Origin: Eledone cirrhosa
Taxonomy: Eukaryota
Assembly: GCA_964016885.1 (NCBI GenBank)
Contig: OZ024741.1
Location: forward strand, 19,282,001 to 19,346,000
Direction of reading: 5' to 3'
DNA length: 64,000 nucleotides
Under the pieces are notes generated by a model. That model saw only the letters and a program-made list of their open reading frames with translations. It made no database searches and was not told the origin of the DNA. Shown piece after piece: positions 52,304 to 64,000 of this stretch (position 1 is the first letter of the stretch; every line of letters begins with the position of its first letter). The position numbers and the translations under genes are program-made.

Positions 52304-52449
52304 GGCGAATCTGTGAGTATTTCAGGTGAACTAGTATGGAAATACACTCATTTAAAACAACATACCAAATACTGCAGTAACACAAAAGAAAAAAACGTAC
52401 CAATGACTGAAAATATAGATCAAACATAGACAGCATAGCAAAAGCTAAA

Positions 52450-52452
52450 GTT

Positions 52453-52491
<39 letters not shown>

Positions 52492-53296
52492 TTAGTAGTA
52501 GTAGTGTTAGTAGTAGAAATAGTGTTAGTAGTAGAAATAGTGTTAGTAGTAGAAATAGTGTTAGTAGTAGTAGTGTTAGTAGTGTTAGTAGTAGTAGTGT
52601 TAGTAGTAGTAGTAGTAGTGTTAGTAGTGTTAGTAGTAGTAGTGTTAGTAGTAGAAATAGTGTTAGTAGTAGAAATAGTGTTAGTAGTAGAAATAGTGTT
52701 AGTAGTAGAAATAGTGTTAGTAGTAGTAGTGTTAGTAGTAGAAGTGTTAGTAGTAGAAATAGTGTTAGTAGTAGAAATAGTGTTAGTAGTAGAAATAGTG
52801 TTAGTAGTAGTAGTGTTAGTAGTAGAAGTGTTAGTAGTAGAAATAGTGTTAGTAGTAGAAATAGTGTTAGTAGTAGTAGTGTTAGTAGTAGAAGTGTTAG
52901 TAGTAGAAATAGTGTTAGTAGTAGTAGTGTTAGTAGTGTTAGTAGTAGTAGTGTTAGTAGTAGTAGTAGTAGTGTTAGTAGTGTTAGTAGTAGTAGTGTT
53001 AGTAGTAGTAGTGTTAGTAGTAGTAGTGTTAGTAGTGTTAGTAGTAGTAGTGTTAGTAGTAGTAGTGTTAGTAGTAGTAGTAGTAGTGTTAGTAGTGTTA
53101 GTAGTAGTAGTGTTAGTAGTAGTAGTGTTAGTAGTAGAAATAGTGTTAGTATTAAAAATAGTGTTAGTATTAAAAATATTGTTAGTAGTAGAAATAGTGT
53201 TAGTAGTAGTAGTGTTAGTAGTAAAAATAGTGTTAGTAGTAGAAGTGTTAGTAGTAGTAGTGTTAGTAGTAGAAGTGTTAGTAGTAGTAGTGTTAG
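52450..53296. repeat. Compound (GTA)n/GTGTTA/GAAATA array
   Basis: Directly visible; source of the 462-aa and 359-aa low-complexity ORFs. Confidence 0.95.
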
Positions 53297-53317
53297 CCAT
53301 CATCATCATCATCATTC

Positions 53318-53464
53318 TGCCCCTATTGGGGAATTTTTCTTGTATTTTTCTTGTTATTTTGTTATTGCTATTTATATTGTTTACACGTTGTATATGTAAA
53401 CCCCCACTGTCCCTGTCTTTTGTATTGTCCCCTACATGTCGGCCCTTGTGGCCAATAAATGAAA

Positions 53465-53466
<2 letters not shown>
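53318..53466 (+). mobile_element. Tx1-like 3' UTR fragment in an (ATC)n/(ATT)n microsatellite
   Basis: cccctattgggga...tgtaaacccc...tttgtattgtcccc...gcccttgtggccaataaa resembles 28790-28920. Confidence 0.7.
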
Positions 53467-53541
<75 letters not shown>

Positions 53542-53894
53542 TATGATAATAATAATTATAACATATAACTAGGAGTTACAGGCTATACGGTTTTCGTATA
53601 GTACTCATCATGCAATAGAGGAACACTTAACGAATACTACTTATAACGGAGGAATACAGGGCTGTTGTTGCTCGTGTTAGGAAAGCAAGCAATGACATTA
53701 TATAATCTTATTTATTTATTACTAGCTTAGACAGAGGAAGAAAATCATCTCCTAGGATCATTTAATTGCTTTAGAATATTTACAATAAAATGGACACTGC
53801 TAGCTATAAGGTACCAAAGAGCTAAGCTGTGGTGTTGAACCGAGCGACCGAGTGACCGAAGTTTGCTACCACAAATATAAACGGTCCTTTATAC

Positions 53895-54068
53895 AAGCTG
53901 CCTGTCACTTAGTTTTCGTGGACTAAATTTCACTTGCAAGCGTATTGGCCCACCCGAAGCCTATGGCAGGAGTGATATATACCCAGAAAAGATAATTGCT
54001 AAAGAGTGGCATCGAGACCGAAGCCACGAAGTTACCAAACTTCTTAACCACATACCCATGTCCTCCTT
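53895..54068 (-). mobile_element. Degenerate tRNA-derived SINE
   Basis: Minus-strand ggaggacatgggtatgtggttaagaag head; body similar to 17640-17760. Confidence 0.55.
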
Positions 54069-54092
54069 CTAACTGAAACAATAGTAATAACA

Positions 54093-54775
54093 ATGGTTTG
54101 TAATTGAGGCACAAGTCCAGATTTCTTTATTCTTTTGAGAAGCGGACAAAGTCGATTACATCAACGTTACTACTTGACAGGTATTTTATTTTATCTAATC
54201 CCGAAGGATGAAAGGCAAAATTAGCACCGACAGGGTTTGAAATCAGAATGTAACGAGCCAGAAAAATACCACAAGGTATTTTGTTTGACGCTCTAACTAT
54301 ATTGTTAATCTGCCATACTAACTTAAATAGTAATGATTGTTTTTACTTTTGGCACAAGGCCAGCAATTACCCAGTGCATTACTGGTACTTTATTTTATCG
54401 ACCCCGAAAGGATAAAAGGCAAACTTAACCTCGGCGGGATTTGAACTCAGATCATAAAGGGCCGTAACTCTTTGCTGCAAAGCAATGGCGTCTGACCCTC
54501 TACCTATACTGCCAATCCACCGCCCTTATCTGTCTTAATCCACAACTTAAATAGTAATAATAGTTTCTGATCTAGACACAAGGCCGACAATTTTGGGGAA
54601 GAGGAAAGTCGTTTAAATCGACGCCAGTGCGTTACTGGTACTTTATTTTATCAACCGCCTAAAGGTGAAAGGCAAAGCCAACCTCGACGGGATTTGAAAT
54701 CAGAACGTAAAGGGCCATACCTCTATACTACAAAACATTGTGCCCGAGACTCTATCGTTTACTACCAATCCACGA
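54093..54775 (-). mobile_element. Three head-to-tail Nin/Deu-domain-like SINE copies
   Basis: cacaag.cc...aaaggcaaa...gg.tttgaa.tcaga recurs at ~54110, ~54350 and ~54575. Confidence 0.8.
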
Positions 54776-54955
54776 CACTCAATTAAATAGTAACAACATT
54801 AATGTTAATAATTAAACTAAATAAGAAGCAAACAGTTAATGTACCATGCGACATAATCGAAAGCAATGGCCGAACGAAATATATAGTTAAAGTAGTTGAA
54901 ATGATCCAATCAGAAACATGCATTTAGTAAATATAAACATGCATACATATATATA

Positions 54956-55029
54956 CAGAGTGTCCCCAAACATGTATACACACTTCAACAACATTCCAAT
55001 AAAAGTGTGCATACATTTTTGGGGACACC

Positions 55030-55032
<3 letters not shown>
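54956..55032. mobile_element. 77-bp Tc1/mariner-type mini-MITE
   Basis: 30-bp TIRs CAGRGTGTCCCCAAA... (27/30 match), 17-bp spacer, TA on both sides. Confidence 0.75.
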
Positions 55033-55124
<92 letters not shown>

Positions 55125-55827
55125 TATATGTATATATATATACACACATATATATACACATATATATATGTATATATATATACACACATATATATACATA
55201 TATATATATATATACATATACACACACATATATATATATATATATACATATACACACATATATATATGTATATATACATATACACACATATATATATGTA
55301 TATATATATATACACACATATATATATGTATATAAGTATGTATATATGAAATGGTGGGTTGGGTGGGTATACTCTTTACTTCTAAATTTTACAAACAATT
55401 GAATATGGAAAACGATTGTGCAAAGTCTTCTACCAACATATGAGATACATTACAAAATATGTTTAAAACAATAAAAAAAAGGGGTTTCATTCAATGCAAT
55501 AGATTTACTATAAAATGTTTACAAGAAACAAAATTACAATTTAAAAGAAAAGAAAAATAAGGGTGAGAGTAAAGAAAAAGAAATGGAAAAGAAAATTTTA
55601 CGAAATCATAAAATCTGAAATTTCTTAAATTAGAAAATTTCATAGATTTACAATTTTGACTCATGGGAAAAGTACCTCTGCTAGTGTTGGATATGTATGT
55701 TTATATGTATGTGTGTGCATGTATATATGTACATAATTATATAAGTATATATGTTTATATGTATATATGTATGTATATATGTTAAATGAAAAACATTGTT
55801 GTCTCTGATCGAGACGTAGCGTAAGTG

Positions 55828-55891
<64 letters not shown>

Positions 55892-56669
55892 CTCATCGCT
55901 AGAACAGCCGTTAAAACTGCCAAATGCTGTCAAAGACAGCGATGGGCCAACAAGTCTCAGTGGACAGCGGCCAGTGGCCAGAGACCAGCGGCCAGTGGTC
56001 AACAGATAGAGAATCCACGAGGTGGGTGAGAAGCAGATGTATGCATGTATATAAGTATTTATGTATGCATTTATATAAGTATTTATGTATGCATTTATAT
56101 AAGTATATATGTAAAAAATGTATGCATACATATAAGTATATATGTATATATTTATGCATGTATATAAATATATATATGTATATATGTATGCATGTATATA
56201 AGTCTATATGTATATATGCATGTATGTATATTTATGCATGTATATAATATATATATGTGTGTATGATGTAATGGTATGTGTATGTGCATGCATATATACA
56301 TGTAAATATGTATGTATATAATCTGTCTTTAAACCCAAGCTCGGTTATGATGACATAGCAACAGAATGTTGTGATAAATAATGTTATATTTAGATTTATT
56401 TTAGGAGACAGAAGAAATGGCTAATGTCAAAAGAATCCAGTCTGTATATTGTATTGTGTTGACTTTTTCTCTTTTAGCTAATATTTTACTAATTATTGTA
56501 AATAGTGAGGTTTTATAAACCATCTGTTAGAGTGGAGACGACGGCTTAATGCCACTAGATTTAGTATTGACTATGGTGAATACACACAAACACACACATG
56601 CATACATATACACATATATATACATATACATATACACACACACGTGTACACATACATTCACTCACACAC

Positions 56670-56739
<70 letters not shown>

Positions 56740-56952
56740 CGAAGGAGGTGTGGTAAGGAACCAGGTGAACCATAACGCACCAGAGTACTTACGTTTCGAC
56801 GGCTATTTCTGGACTCCAGAAATAGCCGTCGAAACAGCTTCAGCTCTGCCGTCAGGGTCAAAGTATATAAATATTGAGTTTTGTCATATCTTACTCACTA
56901 CCATGACTGAATATTAACCATCTACTATGTCAGGGTATGTCATGCCTCATCT

Positions 56953-57019
56953 TATTTTATCTGATGAGGACGTACTGTTGAAGTTAGTTCAGTACGTCTG
57001 AAATATGTATAATAAAATA
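56953..57019 (+). ncRNA. Type-I hammerhead ribozyme motif
   Basis: TATTTTAT-CTGATGA-GGACGTACTG...CAGTACGTCT-GAAA-T atgt A-TA^ATAAAATA: 8-bp stem I and 10-bp stem II. Confidence 0.8.
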
Positions 57020-57134
57020 TACTTGATCACAAGAAGTTCTATTTTTGTTGATATTTTGAATTAATATATATATATATATATATTATTTATATGTTAATCA
57101 ATTTCTAGTTGTTATATATATATATATGTATATT

Positions 57135-57188
<54 letters not shown>

Positions 57189-57234
57189 TATATTGAAACA
57201 TAAGTCAATTGCATGAACTCATAATCCTTTATTT

Positions 57235-57290
57235 ACTGCTATATATATTTCGATGATAGCCATTGAATGGCTATGACCTCATCAGGCAGT
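57235..57290 (-). ncRNA. Type-I hammerhead ribozyme motif
   Basis: Minus strand ACTGC-CTGATGA-GGTcATAGCCAT tca ATGGCTATcATC-GAAA-T atat A-TA^GCAGT, followed by AATAAA. Confidence 0.8.
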
Positions 57291-57559
57291 TAGTCAGTTC
57301 TGTGTTTATAGTGTTGATGTAATCAGAGCCTTGGGACATATATATATATGATAGCTGGAACTCGATTTCGAGTAATGCCATCGCTGGATATTTAAGCATG
57401 AACACTATGGACATGGCTTTTTAATCCTGCTAGGGACTTGCCTATGACCAGCAATACCATGCATCGCAAAATATGTCACATAACAAGCGATGCCTGTGCT
57501 TGAAGCGTTTTTAAGTGAGGAAAGGCTTTGCACGGCGCCAATTCCACTCCCTGAACATC

Positions 57560-57775
57560 GAAGAACTGGTCTATATCATCGGATGCAAACGGAGTCGCAG
57601 GTTTTATATCAGAGTGACCTTCTCCCAGAGAGATGTCTTAATGAAGACTAGGAGTCTCTCGCTCCACAAAAAAATAAAAATTATTGGATGGCCGTTGACT
57701 CTCCTGAGTTCCTCCCCCCTTTGATGGGTTTTATTTTTCATACCGCAGGGTGTCCAAAATCACCCCCCCCCCTCA
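57560..57775 (+). mobile_element. Possible decayed Tc1/mariner transposase fragment
   Basis: RCLNE and WP/DSPEFLPPL resemble the ..LNE..WPPRSPDLTPLD motif; a CAGGGTGTCC TIR-like word lies at ~57746. Confidence 0.35.
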
Positions 57776-59396
57776 CGTACATACATACATACATACATAC
57801 ATTCATACACACATATATATATATGCGTATGTATATGTATATATATGTGCCTGTGTGCTTGTGTGTCTATATTGAAAAACATGTCTAGGTGTCATCTTAT
57901 ATTCTTCATTATTCCATATGATCTATTATACCTTATTATATAGGGATTACAATAATCATTATTTATATTATATTTATATTCTAATTAAAATCTTGTCAAA
58001 GAATGAGGACTAATTAAAGAAAGCACTCTAATATTATTATTATTATTATTATTATCTCATCGTACTAATTAATTTCAACACTGTAATTGTCATAATTATT
58101 GTTGTTGTTTGTTTTTTGTTGTTGCTGTTGTTGATTTGTTTTTGTTAATATAGTCATATTTATTTTTGTAATTGTTGTGGCAACAGCAACAACAACATCA
58201 ACAACAACCAATATCGTCGTAGAAAATGTTTCATTGCTGAAATCTTGAAAATACAGATAAACTATGGAAAAAAAATCAACAAAAAAAACACAAAAATATG
58301 TAACGAACGGCCAATGGTCAAGATGTTCATATTCTCATTGGCTTAATTCTCCAGTTGTTCTGAGGGGTTTGTGGTTCTAATGACCACTGGTGAAGGACTT
58401 TCTTGACCACATCTTTATAACTTACATTTGCAAAAAAAAAAAAAAATGTAACGAACGGCCAATGGTCAAGATGTTTCACATTTGAAAAAAAATAAATTTG
58501 TTTTTGATTAAAAATTATCGACTACTATCGTAGTTTAGTGACCTGTGACCTGTGGTCACATATGTCACTTTTACCTACCGTAATCTCCACAGAATGACCT
58601 TCTGTTATTCTTCAAATGTTTTCATGTTACCAGATACTCATGAGTTTCAAATTTAGAACACAACAATGTTGTCTCTCTTTCATTGAAGGATAACCACCAT
58701 TGTCGTGATGATGGTGGTGTTGGTCGTCGTGGAAGTCACGTGATGAAGGTGGTGCTGGCCGTGTTGGTAGTGGTGGAAGTCACGTGTGTGTATGCTTGGA
58801 TATCAGGGCTTGGTTGTGTGGTAAGCTCTTCTTCACACACACACACACACGGACACACACGAACACATACACGAACATAAACACACATACACATTCTCTC
58901 TTCTTCACACACACGAACACATACACGAACACACACACGGACACACACACGAAATACACACGAACATAAACACACACACACACATTCTCTCTCTCGCTCT
59001 CTCACACACACACAGACACGCACACGCACATACACGCTTACACACACACTCAGACACACGCACGCACATACACGCTCACACACACCCTCAGACACACGCA
59101 CGCACATACACGCTCACACACACACACAGACACACAAACGTCGATCCATTTACAAACACAAAGACTATACAGACACACACACCAGACACCAATTGGTGGA
59201 AGATACTGATATTAAGATCAAACAACAAACACATTTCGTAATAGTATTTAGTGCTGTGCAGGAGGGAAGCAGCTAACAAGACGTGAATGTGTGAGTGTGA
59301 GTGTGAGTGTGAGTGTGAGAGTGAGTGTGTGTGTGAGTGTGTGAGTGTGTGTGTATAGATGATGGATATGTGTGTGTATATATATATATATGTGTG

Positions 59397-59439
<43 letters not shown>

Positions 59440-59539
59440 ATATGTGTGCATCCAATACATATTTACTTCCACCTCGCAAAAAGATAGGGGCTTACTGAGG
59501 GATTCCGACTTAAGGAACACTCTGGTCGTCTAGGGGACC

Positions 59540-59950
59540 AATTTTAATCTATGTATGCTGTGGTTAAATATCTATAGGCTCGCCCTAGTGTATTGCTATG
59601 GGCGGGATCTCATCATGTTTAGGGGTTTTATGCTGATCAATATATGCTGTGATTGTTTCTGTAGGGGCTCTAGTATGTAGGGTGGGGATTGACGAGGTCT
59701 GGGAGCCAAATGTCAATCTATGCATGATGTAGTGATGTATATAGGTCCCCCAATGTATTGCTTTGTCTGGGGACCTCCACCGGGTCTAGGGCTCTAATAT
59801 TAATCTATATATGCTTTGGTGGTGTATATAGAGCCACAGCCTGTTGCTTATGTGCTGGGTTCTCACCAGGTCTGAGGGCAAAATGTTAATCTATGCATGA
59901 CGCTGTTAATTATGTAGAGGCCACAGTGCGTTGCTTTGCTCGGGGTCCCA
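59540..59950. repeat. Old, diverged ~86-bp tandem repeat, ~5 copies
   Basis: aatctat..atg...tatag...ttgct...ggg recurs at ~59545, ~59638, ~59714, ~59800 and ~59886. Confidence 0.65.
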
Positions 59951-60024
59951 TAATGTTACTCTGACGACAGAGGACCCACTTATTGGGGAATTTCAAGTTC
60001 CTTTTTATGTATCTTTGTTGCTGT

Positions 60025-60061
<37 letters not shown>

Positions 60062-60263
60062 AAAAAGATTTCTGGTCTTTGAAAATGTGATGTTGTAAGA
60101 TGCACCAAGCAAATGTATTATGTTTTGATGTAATGCAACATAACCAAGTAAACCATGCATTAAGTGATGATTGTGAGGTCACAGACGAGTATATTCGAAT
60201 AGACCTTATGTGTATGTATGTATGTACATACATATACATGTATGTATATATACATACATATAC

Positions 60264-60357
<94 letters not shown>

Positions 60358-60565
60358 ACACATACGGATTTGATCCGAATGGAATAAAATGTGTTTTAAC
60401 CGGCAACTTCAAAGCCCCAAACTGCTTTTACTAAATATTATCGAAGACATGATGTCGACATGGGACCAGGCTTCATACTAAAGAGATAACGTCATCTAGA
60501 TGTTCAAATGTGTAAAGCATTATCCTAAATTTAACCCCTTTCATCTTTCTTTCATCTTTATTCTT

Positions 60566-60865
60566 GGAGGTGCGTGGTGGCCCAGTGGTAAGGGTGTTGG
60601 ACTTATGATCATAATGTTGTGGGTTTGATTCCTGGACTGAGTTGTGTGTTGTGTTCTCGAGCAAAACATTTCATTTCATGTTGCTCCAGTATACTCAGCT
60701 GAAAATAAGTACCAGCAATACCCAAGGGGTTTAACCCTGCGATGGACGACCGCCCTGTCCAGGGGGGAGGGGGAGTCTTGTACACTCAGTGACTTCACAC
60801 CACGGAAATCAGGATAAGTACCGGCCTGATGAGCCTCCAAGCTCGAGACAGACTTTAGACTTTAG
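60566..60865 (+). mobile_element. Full-length tRNA-derived SINE
   Basis: A box tggcccagtgg, B-box-like gggtttgattcc, core, ctgcgatggac...tccagggg domain and (gacttta)n tail. Confidence 0.8.
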
Positions 60866-61162
60866 ATAGTTGTTGAAGATTTCAACATCTCTTGGTGAAT
60901 AATACCTTGGAGTTATAGACATTCGTCCCCTCATGCTCATAGAAAGTTACCTAAATCTATGAATGTTACTCGTTAATCGTTAAATATGTGTAAATATTCA
61001 AAGACTCCAGGACCGTATCTAATCATTGATGGCCTCAGATATTTGACTTCAGACTTTCATCCCACCGGAGAGAGAAAAAAGAACAAAATAAATCAAAGCC
61101 CTCCCCCACTCGCCAGTCTTTATGCCCCACTAGACTTCTCTACATTCTAGTCTACCTTATCA

Positions 61163-61349
61163 ATAATTGTTTCTACTTTAGGCACAAGGCCAGCAATTAT
61201 CCCAGTGTATTACTGGTACTTTATTTTATCGACCCCGTAAGGATGAAAGGCAAAGTTAACCTCGGCGGGATTTGAACTCAGAATGGCAAGGGCCATAACT
61301 CTATGCGTCAAAGCATGGCGTCCGACCCTCTACCGATACTGTCGATCCA
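61163..61349 (-). mobile_element. Nin/Deu-domain-like SINE, young subfamily
   Basis: Reverse complement, nearly identical to the 14119 copy. Confidence 0.85.
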
Positions 61350-62112
61350 TTTGATGAAGGACTAACGTCTGAAACGTTAAGTATTAAACTAATATATCAT
61401 TTGAATATACTGTATCGTTTGCCTGTGTCGTTTACCCGTTTACATTTCGCACACACTCACGTCCATATACATAAATGTATATACATATATATAAATGTGA
61501 GAAAAACCACAGACCCTCCATCTCAATTCTACTTTTGAAAAGCAGAAGAACTGCGAAACCGGTAAAGGAACCAAATAAATATATATATTTTTTTAACAAT
61601 AAGACTCCAGTTGCATTTTCGATTTAATCTCTTTTTCTTTATACTTTCACTCGTGTAGGACACCTCGGTTATTTTCCATTTTGTAAAAAAAACTCACTTT
61701 CTAATATATATATATACACACACACACAAACATAGAGGTAAATCTCGTTTAACAATATATTGAATAAAATTATCTTTGTTTGTGGTTTTGGATTGTTAAG
61801 TTGTGAAGATTTTAAAATTGGAATTAAACTGTTATTGCATCAACAAAAGAAGGTTTTAAGGAAAGGAAACAAAGATAAGAAAAGGAAACATAGCCGAATA
61901 AAGATAGAGGGTGTAGGAAAAAACAGTGTAAAAACAATTTCTTGGTTTTTTAATAATTCTCAAAGTGAAATAGGGTAAGCAATAATCAAAGTGTGAGCAG
62001 AGAAGGGTGTAACGATAGAAGTTAAAGATCGCTCACAGTGATGTGTATATATATGTGTGCATACATATATATATATATACATAGATACATACATACATAT
62101 ATACATACATGC

Positions 62113-62209
<97 letters not shown>

Positions 62210-62449
62210 AATATATATTCAAACACACACGCATACACGCGCGCAGACATACACACACGCATACACGCACGCAGACATACGCACACACATATATATATGT
62301 ATACGGATACATGCATGTATAATTTTCTGCACATACAGACACAGTTCAACAGAGTATAGCCTTACATATATTGACTATAGAAATATTACTTACAACACAC
62401 TTCTCTTAACATACAGATATACAGAAACAAGCGCTCGACTACATATATA

Positions 62450-62812
62450 CTATGTGATACACATATACACACATATTGGGAAGATACACATATACACATA
62501 CACATATAAGGTGAAGATACACATACACACACATATACACATACACACAAATATACACACATATATATATAGTGAAAATACACATATGCACATACACACA
62601 CATATACACATACACACATATATACTGGGAAGATATATATACATATACACATACACATATATTGTGAAGATACACATATACACATACACACATATATATA
62701 TTGGGAAGATACACATATACACATACACATATATATATACTGGAAAGATATATACACATACACATATATTATGAAGATACACATATACTCATATACGTAC
62801 ATATATTGGGAG
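62450..62812. repeat. Degenerate ~35-bp repeat (gaagatacacatatacacatac...)
   Basis: gaagata recurs among CA/TA microsatellite. Confidence 0.75.
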
Positions 62813-63026
62813 GATAGTCATATACTCTCTCTCTCTCTCTCACATATAGAGAGATATTTACATAAATACTCTAAATATATACACCCACCTATATTGATAG
62901 TTACTTCTTTACAAATATACGTTCGTACATACATGAATATGCATCAACATACGCATATATATATATATATATACATAAACATACACACACAAACACATAC
63001 ACACACTCTCTTACACACACACACAC

Positions 63027-63120
<94 letters not shown>

Positions 63121-63660
63121 TTTTAAATATATATATATATACATCTATATATACACATACACACAACCACACACACAGAGACGCACACACACATATATAT
63201 ATACATATATATACTGCTACAAACATACGTAATTACAAACCTGCATACACATACATACATGCACAGGTGTATGTAGGTAACCTTAAACTTTGAAAGTGTA
63301 TTCTGATTAAAGTGAAGTACACAACTGTGCAATGGACAGCACATGTGATGCTAGAGGTACACTTAAGTATGACATATTGATCTGGGTTATATAAACCAGC
63401 TATTAATACATGGGAGACTGATATAATCCTGCTTCGTATACACACACAAACACACACTTACATACACACACACAGTGACATACATATGCACACAAAGACA
63501 CACACACACACACATACACACACACCTACATACACACACATATACATACACACATACACACACACCTACATACACACACAGTGACATACAAATACATACA
63601 AAGACATACATACATACCCACACAAACACCCACAGAGTGACATACATATATACATACAAA

Positions 63661-63714
<54 letters not shown>

Positions 63715-64000
63715 AGCAGGTAAATAAATCTGCATTTAAATACACATTTATATACGCAACCTAGCATATAACACAACACATGCCTACAGACACACATATA
63801 CACACAGGCAGACAGAACACACACACACACACTAACACACACACACATATATATATATGCTCTGTGGTGTATGTACATACACACACACACACACACATAT
63901 ATATATAATATAAGATCAAAAGATGGTTAAAAGAGTTGCATGTATTTTATTATGCGCATTTCTAAAACAAATATCATCATGGGATGATATTTGCGTTCTC

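Noticed and set aside
52080-53568. Mucin-like Thr/Asn-rich 462-aa ORF
   Set aside because: Compound microsatellite plus an antisense LINE UTR.
53583-53614. Minus-strand ATGATGA-GTA cta TAC-GAAA motif
   Set aside because: C3 missing and no stem I pairing.
58295-58475. Direct repeat tgtaacgaacggccaatggtcaagatgtt
   Set aside because: Simple local duplication next to poly-A; no element recognisable between the copies.
60826-60850. CTGATGAGC...GCTCGAGA as a hammerhead
   Set aside because: No GAAA box or stem I; part of an ordinary SINE tail.

Overview
AT-rich, microsatellite-dense animal genomic DNA. The SINE repertoire and repeat landscape suggest an octopus/coleoid cephalopod (inference). Only one host coding exon is convincing: a minus-strand exon (36699-37117) encoding loop C through M1-M3 of an anion-selective, glycine-receptor-like Cys-loop channel. 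Its other exons were not found, so most of the window is probably intronic. Transposable elements include a decayed Tx1-clade LINE stacked in a (TATC)n microsatellite, fragments of CRE-like, RTE and R4/Dong-like LINEs, many tRNA-derived SINEs, and hAT and Tc1/mariner MITEs. There are also several minisatellites. The most notable signal is about a dozen type-I hammerhead ribozyme motifs on both strands. Four have intact cores, and many are followed by AATAAA and a (TA)n tract, as in Penelope-like element or retrozyme ends. Also notable: a foldback element carrying a complete Pol III tRNA-like unit, a templated 76-bp copy that replaces the LINE RT catalytic motif, and four perfect splice donors clustered downstream of the channel exon. 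Nearly all other ORFs in the track are repeat artefacts.
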